64,000 nt of DNA, from NCBI GenBank assembly GCA_964455405.1, contig CAYVWD010000055.1, forward strand, positions 1,171-65,170. The letters run 5' to 3'. The position numbers and the translations under genes are program-made. This DNA is from an uncultured Candidatus Nitrosopelagicus sp. Lineage in GTDB: Archaea; Thermoproteota; Nitrososphaeria; Nitrososphaerales; Nitrosopumilaceae. This document shows positions 10,201-20,168 of the stretch, in pieces. The first letter of the stretch is position 1. Each line of letters opens with the position of its first letter. The notes under the pieces are model-generated. The model saw only the letters and a list, made by a program, of their open reading frames with translations. It had not been told where the DNA came from and did not search any database.

Positions 10201-13200
10201 CTACTGCCGAACCCTCCTTATATGGGCCTGTTATAAGTCCCTCATTAGTTAAGTATTTATGGGCTGTATTAGTTATGTACGGTTTAGTATTGACATCATA
10301 CCCCTCTGGATTCTCTTCACTTCTAGGATGATGAACAGTACTACTACCCCTTCTAATATGATTCTCAAGGTCATTTTGTGCATGACTTAAGCTGCTATAT
10401 ACCTTATCATTTGGAATACTGTCGGATGGTAATTTGGAACTTAGCTCTTCTTTATCTTGGTCAGATAAACCAGCTCGTTCATCTGCAAGGTTGTTCTCCC
10501 TGCTTGTGTCTGGATTCGCCGTAGCTCTCCGCATCGTAGCAGCATAATCATCTGCATACTTTTTTCTTTCTTGTTCCCATCTGACCTTTCTATTGTAATC
10601 AGCATCTAGTTCCGCTTTATCCTCATTCATCATTTCTAAACGATTTTTTAATGTGTCTAATGGTAAGTCAATATCATGCCACCAACCTGAAGCTAACCAT
10701 TTTTTAGTGTGTTCATCAAGTTTAACATCATTAGCCCACTCTTCATCAGGCTCCTTATCCCTTCTAAGCTTAATAATATCATTTCCCTTTTTGTCTTTAC
10801 CCGCAATGTAGTATTGTCCACCAAGATAGTTTGCTATATCTCTAGGGTCACCAGTAGCATTGTCAGGCAAATGTTTTGTCTTAGAAATAGGTTCAGCTTC
10901 TCCAGTATTGGGGTCAACATCTCCATAGACAATATCCCCATTGTCATCCAACTCAACGTCACTCTTTAAATAGTTTATTAAATGTTGGGGAATCGAAGTA
11001 TCTGGATTTAAAAATGTTTTATCGGGGAAGCTGCCCTCAAAATTATTCCATATGGTATCCAAAGATAGCCCCGATGCATCATCAGATGCTAACCTATCAA
11101 CTCTTTGGAAAAGAGGAGTTTGAGAAAGTCCGTTTAAAAACGAGCCTACATGTTCAAGATAGTTTGAGTCAGGAGAATTTAACAATTCTTTAAATTCATC
11201 CATATGACCTCGTAACTCCGTTATTTGTTTACGAACTGCTGGCTTTAATTCCTCAAAGTGCATTTGATTACCATACCCACGGGCAAGCACCGCATCCTGT
11301 AAAGAGGCTAGTGTATTAAATTTTATAGAATTAGAATATGAAATACTAAAGGGTGACCATCTCTCAGCTGTTGAAACTCTAGTTTCTTCATCAAATTCTG
11401 TATTATCCATCTGCAATCCCCAATACGTCTTGTGATAAGCGTGACGTAAAGATAATGACGGAATAGACTTATTGTGGTCATCATATACAGCTTGTTGAGC
11501 TTTACGATGCTGTTCAGATAACTCAGGGTCTGCTGACAGCATAAATAAATTCGTAAAACTATCTCCAAGTTTTTTCGCTGCATCAATATTCCTTGCTTTC
11601 CTCTCTCCCGTAGCTGCTCCTAAACCCGCATCTTGCACTAAGTACTCAGTAATTTTATTTAATGGAATCTGTCCAGTGTAAACAGTCTGTAAGATATTTC
11701 TAGCTCTGACTAATGGCCCAGCATCTCTCAGAGTTTTCTCTTCGACTAATGCATGAAACTTAGAGGTTCTTGGAATCATATTGATTTCGTCATCCAACGT
11801 ACTTATTAATTTGGAAACATAATCATCCATATGAGAAACCGTGCCCCTCTTAAATGGCCCACCAATATCCCCATTATAGCGATGGTCTAATAGTCTACGA
11901 TTGAATTCCTCTTTAAGTCTATCTGAAAATCCTCTCACGGGGTCATCAGCATCAAATTCAGCACCCGTTCCTAACGTAGACACATCATCAAGTCTATCAA
12001 ACGCCGTCTTAAAAAGAAGTTGTTTCAATCTATATTGATTAGAAAGGAGCATATCTTTCTGACTAAGCTGACGAGTATTCGTAACTAATCCTGTAAATTC
12101 GTCAGTAGCATAATCACCTGCTATCATAATCAACTTGGAAATTAAGTCACGGGTATACCCCGCATCTGCTAAACTCTTTTCAACTTCTTCAGAAAGTTTC
12201 ATCTCTGCTGGATTATTCCATTCTTCTAACGACTGAGGTAAACCTAAAACTCTAGTCGCTAATTCCCCAAAAATTCTATGGTTAATACCTACACGTTTCC
12301 CATACCCCACATTATCATTATGGAAAATTTTATGGTAATTCCCCTTCTTGACACCCGTCACCCCTAAATTAAACTGCTTGGGATTCGCAGACCTATATAC
12401 ACGAATCTCATTATCTACTTCGTGCAAAAAGTCTTCAAGTTTTTTGTGGCCCGCCCACGTATTAAAAATATCTTGGCCAAAGATAGCTTTCCATAAATCA
12501 AACGGCAATTGACTATCTGGGTCAGTAAGAAATTCATCAGGTGTCATTCTTTGCTTAGTATCAGGATGGTACGGTAGCCCATTACTATACAGTAAATGAT
12601 TTAATTCTGGCTGAATATGTCCCAATAGACTAAGCCCTACTTCATCATCATTCATAACATTAACTATATAATTTTTAACATTATTGGGAAGGACACCACC
12701 CTCCCCTAATATATCGTGGGGGAATTTGTCTTCCTCATCTATATCATGCGGAGACAGTAAGTCCTTAGTGACCCTCTCTACAAAATTTTCAAGTTGCTCC
12801 TCTAATTTTTGTGGGTTATCCCTGCCCTTAATAAATTGTGGGCGAAGGTTATCAATCAGTGTCCGTAATATTGCCCTACCTCCGGTTTCGCTTTCATCAG
12901 TTAGGTACTTATCTAATCCACTGTAGTTTTTTTCGTCTTCATAACCAAAGTGCTTCCACCCCTCCCATATTTTTTCACGGCCTTCGTAATGCGGTGGTAT
13001 ATCATATAGATATCCCTCAGAATCTATTTGTGGATTCCCATTATTATCCAGCACCTTCTCACCAGCATCATTTCTTATGGCGTATCGCTCTATAAAACCC
13101 TCTTCCCGTTTATCCCTTAAATGTTCTAACCACGGGCCGATAAGATGTGCTATACTATCAACATCTCTAAGAGTATAATCATCCATCATATTATATTTAC

Positions 13201-16200
13201 GAGCTTCAGATAAGAATTTATAAGCTGGTGATTCACTAGGCCACATAGAAATTTGATACCCTTCAAGAATCGCTTGTCTCTCTTCTCTTGACGCACCCCA
13301 CCGTGCTTCCCAATCTTTTAACTTCTTCGCATCATAATTCTCATCTGCGGAATTTGTGGGAGGCATTGGTTCATGCGTATCAGTATACGTCCCATCCAAG
13401 AGTTTATACTTTCCAGTTATTCCTGCATCTGCCTCAGCTAATAAAGGTAAACACACTTCTTGAATAAATTTTGTGGGAGAATTCTCAGGAGAATCTTTCC
13501 TAACCTCAATCATGTGATTAATAAGGTCATTATATGTATAACGAGAATTAGGTATCTTTTCTTCTAGTGGGACTAGATATTCAACTAAACTAGATTTAGC
13601 TCTAGCATCTAGTCTCTTCCACTCCTCAGTATTTTCATCAGACCAAACTTCATCATCGCCTTCCTCAATTAATGTATCTATATAATCTTCAGTATAATCT
13701 GCCCAATCAGGTTGCCCGCCTTCTTGGAAAATTCTATCTCTATGGTCATCATCTGGAGTAACAGCTTCCATAAGAGCTTTTTTCCAAGTTCTTTTAGTTA
13801 AAGGTTTCACACTCTTTTCTCTAAATTTAATGCCCTCTGCATCACCCGTCCAATCAATATCTACTATACCTTCGTCACCTGATGCTCTTAGCACATCATC
13901 AATTAACACTTCCAATTTATCCAACACAGTAGAAGTTTGGTCTTTTGTAAAATTGGTGGGTATGTATTTTACTTCACCATTAGGTAATGTAGCAAAGGCT
14001 CTAGGTCTATTTAAAGCATCACCTGTACTTGAAACGCCAGCTAAGAAGGCTAAGTCTTCATCATCTTTCACCTGTTCTAAAAAGGCTAACTGATTCGCTG
14101 CTAGTTGTTTTTTACTAACTTTGACTCTCTCCAAATCATCTTTAGTTTTCGCATCATCAGGGGAATCACCATCCGCAGTTGTGGGTGTGTCTTTAGCCTC
14201 ATCATCAAAATTATCACCTTCGCCAGATGTAGATTTCACTGGCGTAGGCGGAGGTGGCGGAGCTAGGCTTACAAATGTTTCGCCCCATTCCGTAGCAAAA
14301 TCATATATATCATTTAAACGAGCCAGTACAGAATCTGGATGTTCTTCATTTAAAGCATTATGTATTGGTTCCCACCAATGTGTGTATAAATCATCTAGTG
14401 TTTTAAATTTATCAGCATCAAAATGAACCCTATGCTCCTCACGCCTTTTCACCCATTTGCCCCCACCTACAACATCACTTTCGGTACGCTCCATTTTCGG
14501 AAAAGAGAATGCTGAACCATATTTCATTTCAGACTGTATATCATTTAAAAAATTAACGACACTCTCTAAAGGTCTACTTAAACCCGTGATGTCGTTAAAT
14601 TCTGCATTTGCCAGTGCCCTGTTCTTTTTCGCCTCATCCAGCACATCCTTTAATCTCTTTCGCTCATTCTGATACTTTGTCATCTGACTCTTATCTGCTG
14701 GAGTGGGATTCTGTTTCTCCTCAGGTTCGTTTGCCTCATGGGTTTCTAGTGCTGATTGAGCATCTTGGACGAGACTGACCGCTGTCCTTCTTGCATCCGC
14801 TTTCTCTTGATGGTTTGCCTTATAGATTCTATTTTTCTCTGCTAGTTTATCCAACATTTCAGAAATAGGTGCATCCGCCACTAGTTCTGGCAAAGATTTT
14901 ACGGGTGGTTCACCCTCGTTTAGCACCTTTGACATATTCATAAGTTTTTCTAATTCAGTAAATCTCTTGTCCCATTCCTTATACTTAGCTGAACTACGAA
15001 TCTTATCTAAACGATTCTTAAGTTTTTGGTGGCCGTTCTCATGAGGAGAATCTTCCTTGAACTGATATCTAAAACTCTCAATATTTCGGGGCAAGAGAGT
15101 GCTTCCTTCGCCATTTAATACCTTAGCGAGAGAAACCCTAGAACCTTCATTGCGGTCACTTGGCACATTCTCTTCTAAGTCATAAAGAGGGTGTCTTAAT
15201 GCATCATCACTTTTGTAATGCCAAAGTTTTGACTGTGTTTCAAATTCAGCACCCTCAGGTTTCCAATCCTTCATCGCATCTATTCTTCTTGTTAATTCAT
15301 CTTCTATCCTATCTTGAAGAGTAGTAGTTTCATCATACGCAAACCCATCAGGGTTATAAGCGTGTTTATTTAACTCTTCTAGTATTTCCGTATCCCCCTC
15401 ATTTCGTAAGTGCCATATGTATTCAATAGCTGCAACAGCGGGAGTTGTGGCACGAATATTTTCCTTGTCAGGATTATTTGTCTCCACCTTATCCACATAA
15501 TTAAATATCTGACTTAATCGAGCAGCGATTACATCATTCTTATCCTTGGTTCTTCTAGCAGCACCTTTTCTCCGTCTACGTATAGTAGCTTGTTTTTCAA
15601 CCCCCGCCATACTCGTTTCAAACGCATTACTCACTTTATCGAACCAAGGAGACATAGGGGTGTCTCCCGCATATACTTTTGGATACTGAGTCATAGTAAC
15701 TTCTTCAGGATTCCAACCTGCTATAGAAGAATCGCCAATATGATGCCCGACACGTAAATGACGGTCTAATAAAGGAGAAATGTTTGTATAGCCTGTAATC
15801 TTGTCTTCCCCATCCCTTATCGTACTTTCTTGAATACGTTGTTTAATAAATTCTCCAGTTTCTGATTCAACACGCCTGATTAACTCAGTAATACCATCGA
15901 CATTACCCCAATGGGTTGATTTTGAATAGTCCCTATCATTATCGAGAACTCTTTTCCAATCTGCTTGTTGATTTTCATCTGGCTCTTCACCATTTACCAG
16001 CCCATCCTTATCGAGTTCATATTCATTAGCATTGAACCTAAAGCGGGAAAGAAAATCTGAGAATGGGGCAACATCTGTCATTTGTTGAGATTTAGCTAAG
16101 TGTTCTAGAAACCATAATCGCATGAGAGATACAGATTGTTCAGGAGTAAGCCCCTGTTTCCTTACATACGAGGCATCAGCAGCATTAGCATCTATAGATT

Positions 16201-17965
16201 CGTGGGCATTATATTCATGCCTTAATTCATTAACGGCTTCTTGATATGTGTTCAAAGCCTCAGTCAAAGCTTTACCCGTTTCTTCAATCTTCATATTTGG
16301 GCTTTTCTTATACAAAGGTGTTACCAAAGTATTGTATTTTTTAGCAGCTTCATTTATTACATCAAGCAATTCTGGAACTCTTGTTCGACTAATAATGGGC
16401 CGATTCCGAATATCGTCTTCATAATCCTGAAAACTTGTTCGTTCAGGTCTACCTATGTCTTTATCCATTGCGTGTAATTTCATGGGGGGAGCATATATGC
16501 CGGGTTCCATTTGTAACCTGTCACCCCCTTCCAACATCTCCCCACCTTTCTTATACTCACCCCTCGCTTCCTTTTCAAAGGGTTGTAGCCATCGTTCCAA
16601 ATCATTTCTAACTTCTGATAAATCATAACGATACTTTCTGATATGACTATCTGTATCAATACGTTTATGCCCACTCGTATGCAATTCATGTATCATAGGT
16701 ATATGCATACTTACACGAACAGGTAAATTGTTTTCTCCATCAAATAGGGTTATGGGGTTGCCTTCTTTATCTCTATAGATAGCTGGCTCATCATTTTGGT
16801 CAAATATATTAGTTATATATGTGCCCGGAAGACGGCCACTTTTCATGGCCTGTGCGTCTTCATCCTCACCATATTCAACAATCTCTTCTTCAGTATCATC
16901 TGTAGGCACTATTTGTCCTGCTGGTACTGGCCCAAGAGAATTTATACCAATCATTTTACCAGTTTTTGTGCTGGGGGTTCGACTAATTTCTGGTTCCCTC
17001 ACAAAAAATTCACCCGGTACCTCACCAACACTTTCATTCATTGTTTGAGCTTCGCCTGAAACAGCCATAGTTTTATTCTGTTCTCTCAAGTCAGAAAGAG
17101 ATATCGGCCTCTCCTTATGACGCAAACCTCTATTAGCAGAGACATCAGATGCAGGAACTCTACCCGCACCAATTTGCTGTTTCATTTGAGCATCGCTATA
17201 ATCCTTTCTCTGTTTTTCCATACTACGCCTAAAATGTATATATCCTTGTGGTTTTACCAAATCGCCAGTTTTTTCATCCGTTTGTAAACCACCAAAATTC
17301 TGAAGCCATGCTTCTTCTTGAGTCTCCTTTTTGGCTGCTCTCTCTTGAGGCGGTAAACCCACTAATTCCGTTTGGAATTTTATTTCGTCTTCTAAAGCCC
17401 AAGTAAACTTTGTTTCATTTTCTCCTATCGCATATTCATCTGGCTGACGATATGTTCTACGTTCAGTAGGTTCTGGTGCAGTAGGTTTAATAGCTACGGG
17501 TAAGTGTCCTTCAAACCCCTGTTTGGTTGGGAAATCTGCACCCTCTTGTGCTGCCTGTACTAACTTATCCCAAATAGCACGAAATTCCGTACTTCGTTCA
17601 GTACTGTGTTGTTGATTAACGAGGAAGAAGTAATCCATTTTTTGTAGACTTGTAAGTGCCGTACTATTATGAACAGCTTTTTGTGATTGCTTAGATAAGC
17701 TAATATGAGTTTGTGGAGTAGCCTTTGTTGGTTTAGGGGTATCATCAGCCTTCGTCATAAAGTCAAGAAGAGACTTGACTGCTCCAGACTCATCGTCTGA
17801 AACAGCCATAGACAATGCCATTTCGTTATTCTGGGCTTGCCTAGCCCTCTGCTGTGCTTCAGTCCAGACCACCTCTTCCCTCGTCTTACCTTTGCTTTTT
17901 TGGTAGTACGGGTCTTTGATAAGATGTTCAAAAATTTTCACAGCTTTGTCTCTAGTTGAAGTCAT
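7226..17965 (-). CDS. Giant (3579 aa) acidic protein, probably virion-internal or ejected
   Basis: Uninterrupted 10.7 kb ORF with SD GAGG; no recognisable catalytic motif; FMTKA motif near the N-terminus; Q/P-rich C-terminus. Confidence 0.6.
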   Translation of the reverse strand: MTSTRDKAVKIFEHLIKDPYYQKSKGKTREEVVWTEAQQRARQAQNNEMALSMAVSDDESGAVKSLLDFMTKADDTPKPTKATPQTHISLSKQSQKAVHNSTALTSLQKMDYFFLVNQQHSTERSTEFRAIWDKLVQAAQEGADFPTKQGFEGHLPVAIKPTAPEPTERRTYRQPDEYAIGENETKFTWALEDEIKFQTELVGLPPQERAAKKETQEEAWLQNFGGLQTDEKTGDLVKPQGYIHFRRSMEKQRKDYSDAQMKQQIGAGRVPASDVSANRGLRHKERPISLSDLREQNKTMAVSGEAQTMNESVGEVPGEFFVREPEISRTPSTKTGKMIGINSLGPVPAGQIVPTDDTEEEIVEYGEDEDAQAMKSGRLPGTYITNIFDQNDEPAIYRDKEGNPITLFDGENNLPVRVSMHIPMIHELHTSGHKRIDTDSHIRKYRYDLSEVRNDLERWLQPFEKEARGEYKKGGEMLEGGDRLQMEPGIYAPPMKLHAMDKDIGRPERTSFQDYEDDIRNRPIISRTRVPELLDVINEAAKKYNTLVTPLYKKSPNMKIEETGKALTEALNTYQEAVNELRHEYNAHESIDANAADASYVRKQGLTPEQSVSLMRLWFLEHLAKSQQMTDVAPFSDFLSRFRFNANEYELDKDGLVNGEEPDENQQADWKRVLDNDRDYSKSTHWGNVDGITELIRRVESETGEFIKQRIQESTIRDGEDKITGYTNISPLLDRHLRVGHHIGDSSIAGWNPEEVTMTQYPKVYAGDTPMSPWFDKVSNAFETSMAGVEKQATIRRRRKGAARRTKDKNDVIAARLSQIFNYVDKVETNNPDKENIRATTPAVAAIEYIWHLRNEGDTEILEELNKHAYNPDGFAYDETTTLQDRIEDELTRRIDAMKDWKPEGAEFETQSKLWHYKSDDALRHPLYDLEENVPSDRNEGSRVSLAKVLNGEGSTLLPRNIESFRYQFKEDSPHENGHQKLKNRLDKIRSSAKYKEWDKRFTELEKLMNMSKVLNEGEPPVKSLPELVADAPISEMLDKLAEKNRIYKANHQEKADARRTAVSLVQDAQSALETHEANEPEEKQNPTPADKSQMTKYQNERKRLKDVLDEAKKNRALANAEFNDITGLSRPLESVVNFLNDIQSEMKYGSAFSFPKMERTESDVVGGGKWVKRREEHRVHFDADKFKTLDDLYTHWWEPIHNALNEEHPDSVLARLNDIYDFATEWGETFVSLAPPPPPTPVKSTSGEGDNFDDEAKDTPTTADGDSPDDAKTKDDLERVKVSKKQLAANQLAFLEQVKDDEDLAFLAGVSSTGDALNRPRAFATLPNGEVKYIPTNFTKDQTSTVLDKLEVLIDDVLRASGDEGIVDIDWTGDAEGIKFREKSVKPLTKRTWKKALMEAVTPDDDHRDRIFQEGGQPDWADYTEDYIDTLIEEGDDEVWSDENTEEWKRLDARAKSSLVEYLVPLEEKIPNSRYTYNDLINHMIEVRKDSPENSPTKFIQEVCLPLLAEADAGITGKYKLLDGTYTDTHEPMPPTNSADENYDAKKLKDWEARWGASREERQAILEGYQISMWPSESPAYKFLSEARKYNMMDDYTLRDVDSIAHLIGPWLEHLRDKREEGFIERYAIRNDAGEKVLDNNGNPQIDSEGYLYDIPPHYEGREKIWEGWKHFGYEDEKNYSGLDKYLTDESETGGRAILRTLIDNLRPQFIKGRDNPQKLEEQLENFVERVTKDLLSPHDIDEEDKFPHDILGEGGVLPNNVKNYIVNVMNDDEVGLSLLGHIQPELNHLLYSNGLPYHPDTKQRMTPDEFLTDPDSQLPFDLWKAIFGQDIFNTWAGHKKLEDFLHEVDNEIRVYRSANPKQFNLGVTGVKKGNYHKIFHNDNVGYGKRVGINHRIFGELATRVLGLPQSLEEWNNPAEMKLSEEVEKSLADAGYTRDLISKLIMIAGDYATDEFTGLVTNTRQLSQKDMLLSNQYRLKQLLFKTAFDRLDDVSTLGTGAEFDADDPVRGFSDRLKEEFNRRLLDHRYNGDIGGPFKRGTVSHMDDYVSKLISTLDDEINMIPRTSKFHALVEEKTLRDAGPLVRARNILQTVYTGQIPLNKITEYLVQDAGLGAATGERKARNIDAAKKLGDSFTNLFMLSADPELSEQHRKAQQAVYDDHNKSIPSLSLRHAYHKTYWGLQMDNTEFDEETRVSTAERWSPFSISYSNSIKFNTLASLQDAVLARGYGNQMHFEELKPAVRKQITELRGHMDEFKELLNSPDSNYLEHVGSFLNGLSQTPLFQRVDRLASDDASGLSLDTIWNNFEGSFPDKTFLNPDTSIPQHLINYLKSDVELDDNGDIVYGDVDPNTGEAEPISKTKHLPDNATGDPRDIANYLGGQYYIAGKDKKGNDIIKLRRDKEPDEEWANDVKLDEHTKKWLASGWWHDIDLPLDTLKNRLEMMNEDKAELDADYNRKVRWEQERKKYADDYAATMRRATANPDTSRENNLADERAGLSDQDKEELSSKLPSDSIPNDKVYSSLSHAQNDLENHIRRGSSTVHHPRSEENPEGYDVNTKPYITNTAHKYLTNEGLITGPYKEGSAVGWDWTDAGAKLFHQLPRLHKPDSNWGIEEGGFLPQPYLYKVADTYNHNPNFGVSTVTPDSPSDEGTPNVGPVNKMFLGNTFLDKMAKGNKTGDLLKRHLYPDTDAHNALYQVLHERGEDEQVSPIYTAYKTYFDDPDGVLGIGTFTGRHQKEMTKSQFIAWARHHGMPISKNSRGTEFVNLPFDESSDSLKRINLADFGARAFLPLSVYAIPPEDEGGEGTIGFSSEGGSTNAWNKALAHLRAAEAKYNAALNSDTITPALRELLLHKSSVNSAWAAYFQAHFNEGQNRIDELINTEGNEFLPDLFEISPTDDQKVPFINKELTNEESNLNSLRHRFVEWLDELGYHTDEGHLQRSTKNRETGEREWPDMFFWPKQGVKDGQEFDETDEEWNQRLDMIGGSHQLQWDKLVDHMKGLNADPSKKNAQKGLSGLPLYEEGKGFQLKRLQKRAGAHQQIVQDIHRTLRDLHGIEHPEGQGWPERQADPDPQTDSDTQLDPNPQQQTSPLPRREKVLDDGKQTEMDLFPEEREEPPVTSTGYTELPDKVETMGGLLSTPSEADVTARAAEAEATKAAEDAKGSQLEFRDQKILEHLEARGFGKDDAQKYLEVLTPAEKTATFKEHFDEKKKAAQEVVAPMEPEQRQQYEREIREHSQEMHGQDVHGESKFSGMDDKKLTDAFNESHKLVSTHRATKAKEQKENHANDIVTRVRPLSDDASPDMITDRARTLMSEYLHHRHIYSKEALKHWQEQMQDMQAKATQSGIDWEQPISDELDEFDGKEGRAMFGSEEHRQEILQRQLQQTQGQMAQQEQQEQQVAQQAAAQPPPPPAPKQPASAIDRFMQRREGQEVTSYNPWEQMSDVESTKQQIYQGADKLKLPGASKLARWATGVSPIDEYWNEQVKRYDKENKKNDIYQKLRSAYYGVDYTNAPDDAQKRNPLAPPAEKFYGLDAEAQKRTAFENQPQPQSQPPASGGAVSELNDWLTRKPWLETN

Positions 17966-17982
17966 TTGATACCTCTAATATT

Positions 17983-18846
17983 TTATTGGTCTAAGAATTT
18001 GTCTTCTGGTGAGGCTGTGTCGGCAGGTTCCGCTTGCACACCCTGACCCTCTAACATAATGCTCCTGAGAGCATCCCTACGCCTGTCAGACCTACGTTTC
18101 ATAGCACTGTAATAATCATCATTATCATCGTACAAGAACTGCAATTCCTGATGGTCAAAGAATTCATATAATCGTTCTGGGTGCGTAGAGAATCCCATCC
18201 ATGATTGTACGTCCACACCGAAACCTAATTGAGTTACGGTTACTCTGGAAGTTAATCCAAGCAACCACCCTTCTGTACCGTGGAATAAACCACCACCAGA
18301 ATTACCAAATATGCTTGGTGCATTCTGCATTAGATATGCTTTCTGTTCTATGATTTCCCTTAGATACGTTAATGTACCTGAATTCGGGAACGGGTCATGT
18401 AATAGAGAACAACCGCATACCCATACTGGGTCACCTATTCTTAAGCAATCTATTGCATCTCTGGGTATTACCTTGGCTACGTACTCTAACTTCCTAGTAT
18501 TGTTTAGTTTAATTGCAGCCAAATCGTGATGTTTGTCATATGCTAATATCTGGCCTGTCATAGAATTAGCCGATACGATTTTAGAACCGCTATAATCAAA
18601 TACTTCAAGTGTTACCTCATCCATAACATCTCGTTTAACATCCCGCTTTAAAACAGTATCAAACTCATCACGTATTTTAATATTCTTGTCAATTACATGT
18701 TGGCAAGTTAAAGCAATGTTTATATATTGCCCTTCATTCTTTGGGTCAGGCTCAGAGTATATTAGTACTCCTGAACCGCCAGCGTCAGAAGCCCTGACTC
18801 TAGTTACTGGGTATAGTATCTTACTATGTATCTCTGCATTGTCCAT
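17983..18846 (-). CDS. Trypsin-like (S1/HtrA-type) serine protease
   Basis: Catalytic triad motifs ALTCQHV, DLAAIKL and IFGNSGGGLF. Confidence 0.9.
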   Translation of the reverse strand: MDNAEIHSKILYPVTRVRASDAGGSGVLIYSEPDPKNEGQYINIALTCQHVIDKNIKIRDEFDTVLKRDVKRDVMDEVTLEVFDYSGSKIVSANSMTGQILAYDKHHDLAAIKLNNTRKLEYVAKVIPRDAIDCLRIGDPVWVCGCSLLHDPFPNSGTLTYLREIIEQKAYLMQNAPSIFGNSGGGLFHGTEGWLLGLTSRVTVTQLGFGVDVQSWMGFSTHPERLYEFFDHQELQFLYDDNDDYYSAMKRRSDRRRDALRSIMLEGQGVQAEPADTASPEDKFLDQ

Positions 18847-18861
18847 ATCTTTCCTCCTTAA

Positions 18862-19113
18862 TTAAACCCCTGTATCATCGACTATAACAAAATCTTCATT
18901 TGGAATTACTTGATTTTCCAGAAAATTAACAGACTCTTCTTCAGATTTAATAGCGTAATGCATATGCATTTCCACAGTTTTTAAGTATGAATATACGGGA
19001 CGCATCCTTTCATCTGAATGATGTATTCCTAAGAGAGCGATATCATACGCATACGGTAACATTATACTCTCGTTGTCTTCTAAAATTGCTCTTATCCTAT
19101 TCACTTTTGACAT
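18862..19113 (-). CDS. Hypothetical protein
   Basis: 83-aa ORF with AAGGA SD. Confidence 0.55.
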   Translation of the reverse strand: MSKVNRIRAILEDNESIMLPYAYDIALLGIHHSDERMRPVYSYLKTVEMHMHYAIKSEEESVNFLENQVIPNEDFVIVDDTGV

Positions 19114-19223
19114 GTTCTTTATCCTTCTTCTTCACTAGCTTCAAGTCACACTGTAAACAATTAATACCGCCACGATGAGTTTTCTTTCTCATCTTCTTAA
19201 AACATTGCCTACATTTAAGCCAG

Positions 19224-19511
19224 CTATTTTTCATTATTCTCCGCAGCGTTTAGATTTACTTTAAACCAATCTACGTAACAATATCCACATATAGGCCCTG
19301 AATTATAATCAGGGTCACCGTCAACAGCAATCACAATTGGGTTATCTGTTTTAAATGTATGTCCTCTAGGACATTCGTATGCTTTTGTTGTTGATTGCTC
19401 TTCTGGGTAAAAATGCTTATCATTAGCATAATTAATAATATACGGTTTTGCTCTTCGTTGATTATTCCTTATTTTTTTATCGTATGCATCGTACCAATAG
19501 TTATTCATCAT
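19224..19511 (-). CDS. Small Zn-finger-like protein
   Basis: CPRGH...CGYC; preceded by GAGTATAATA at 19539-19548. Confidence 0.55.
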   Translation of the reverse strand: MMNNYWYDAYDKKIRNNQRRAKPYIINYANDKHFYPEEQSTTKAYECPRGHTFKTDNPIVIAVDGDPDYNSGPICGYCYVDWFKVNLNAAENNEK

Positions 19512-19569
19512 ATCTTCTCTCCAATCTTTATACTAATATATTATACTCATTTTCCATTAAAATCCTATT

Positions 19570-19800
19570 TTAATTAATGAAAAATGGCTGTCTACTTACA
19601 TCTAAAAACGGCCATGATTGCCATTGTCTTCCTTCTACAGCTAATCTCACAATATGCATTATTGAACTAGCAACTTCCATTGGTAAATTATATTCATTTA
19701 ATAATATCTGAGAAGCTTCTTCTGCCCTTTCAGGATATAGAGCTTTTAATCTTTTTATTATATTATGAAAATCATTATGAGAATATTGTGAGAAATCCAT
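19570..19800 (-). CDS. Hypothetical protein
   Basis: 76-aa ORF with AAGGAG upstream, downstream of TAGTATAATA. Confidence 0.55.
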   Translation of the reverse strand: MDFSQYSHNDFHNIIKRLKALYPERAEEASQILLNEYNLPMEVASSIMHIVRLAVEGRQWQSWPFLDVSRQPFFIN

Positions 19801-19848
19801 AGTTATTTAATTAACTCCTTTTTACTAATTTTTATCGGTAAGTTAATA

Positions 19849-19858
19849 TATTATACTA
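19849..19858 (-). promoter_or_regulatory. Putative late promoter motif TAGTATAATA
   Basis: Heads the gene run leading to the protease, giant protein and fibres. Confidence 0.6.
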
Positions 19859-20136
19859 AAAAGTTCGCCAATAGTTTGCTATAGTGTACGCAATACATCC
19901 ATAAGGAATATAAGAGATAGACGTTTTTCAGCCAACAGAAAAAAATTTTTTCGCCAAATTTCTGAAAATTTTTATCTGTAAGTAAGTAGTAGTTACAGGG
20001 GCCTGAATTCAATTTAGAATTCGCACAACCGGGGGGGAGGGGCACCCCCCACCATACTATAGAATATTATGGGGTGTGTGGCTAGAACAGTGTTTTTATT
20101 AAGTCGCGGGCCATGATAAAAACTTAGATGTGATAA

Positions 20137-20156
20137 GGGAGGCGTAATCGCCTCCC
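20137..20156 (-). terminator. Hairpin after gene 20169..20714
   Basis: Perfect 8-bp stem GGGAGGCG-TAAT-CGCCTCCC; weak U tail. Confidence 0.55.
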
Positions 20157-20168
20157 CTATCCTAATAC

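Noticed and set aside
7226-17965. Virion RNA polymerase or tape measure identity for the giant ORF
   Set aside because: No DxDGD catalytic motif seen (only EFDADD and EFDGK), and no TMP-like A/G-rich helical repeats; a divergent enzyme cannot be excluded
19851-20045. 64-aa minus-strand ORF in the boundary region
   Set aside because: Runs through homopolymer tracts and the late promoter; no SD
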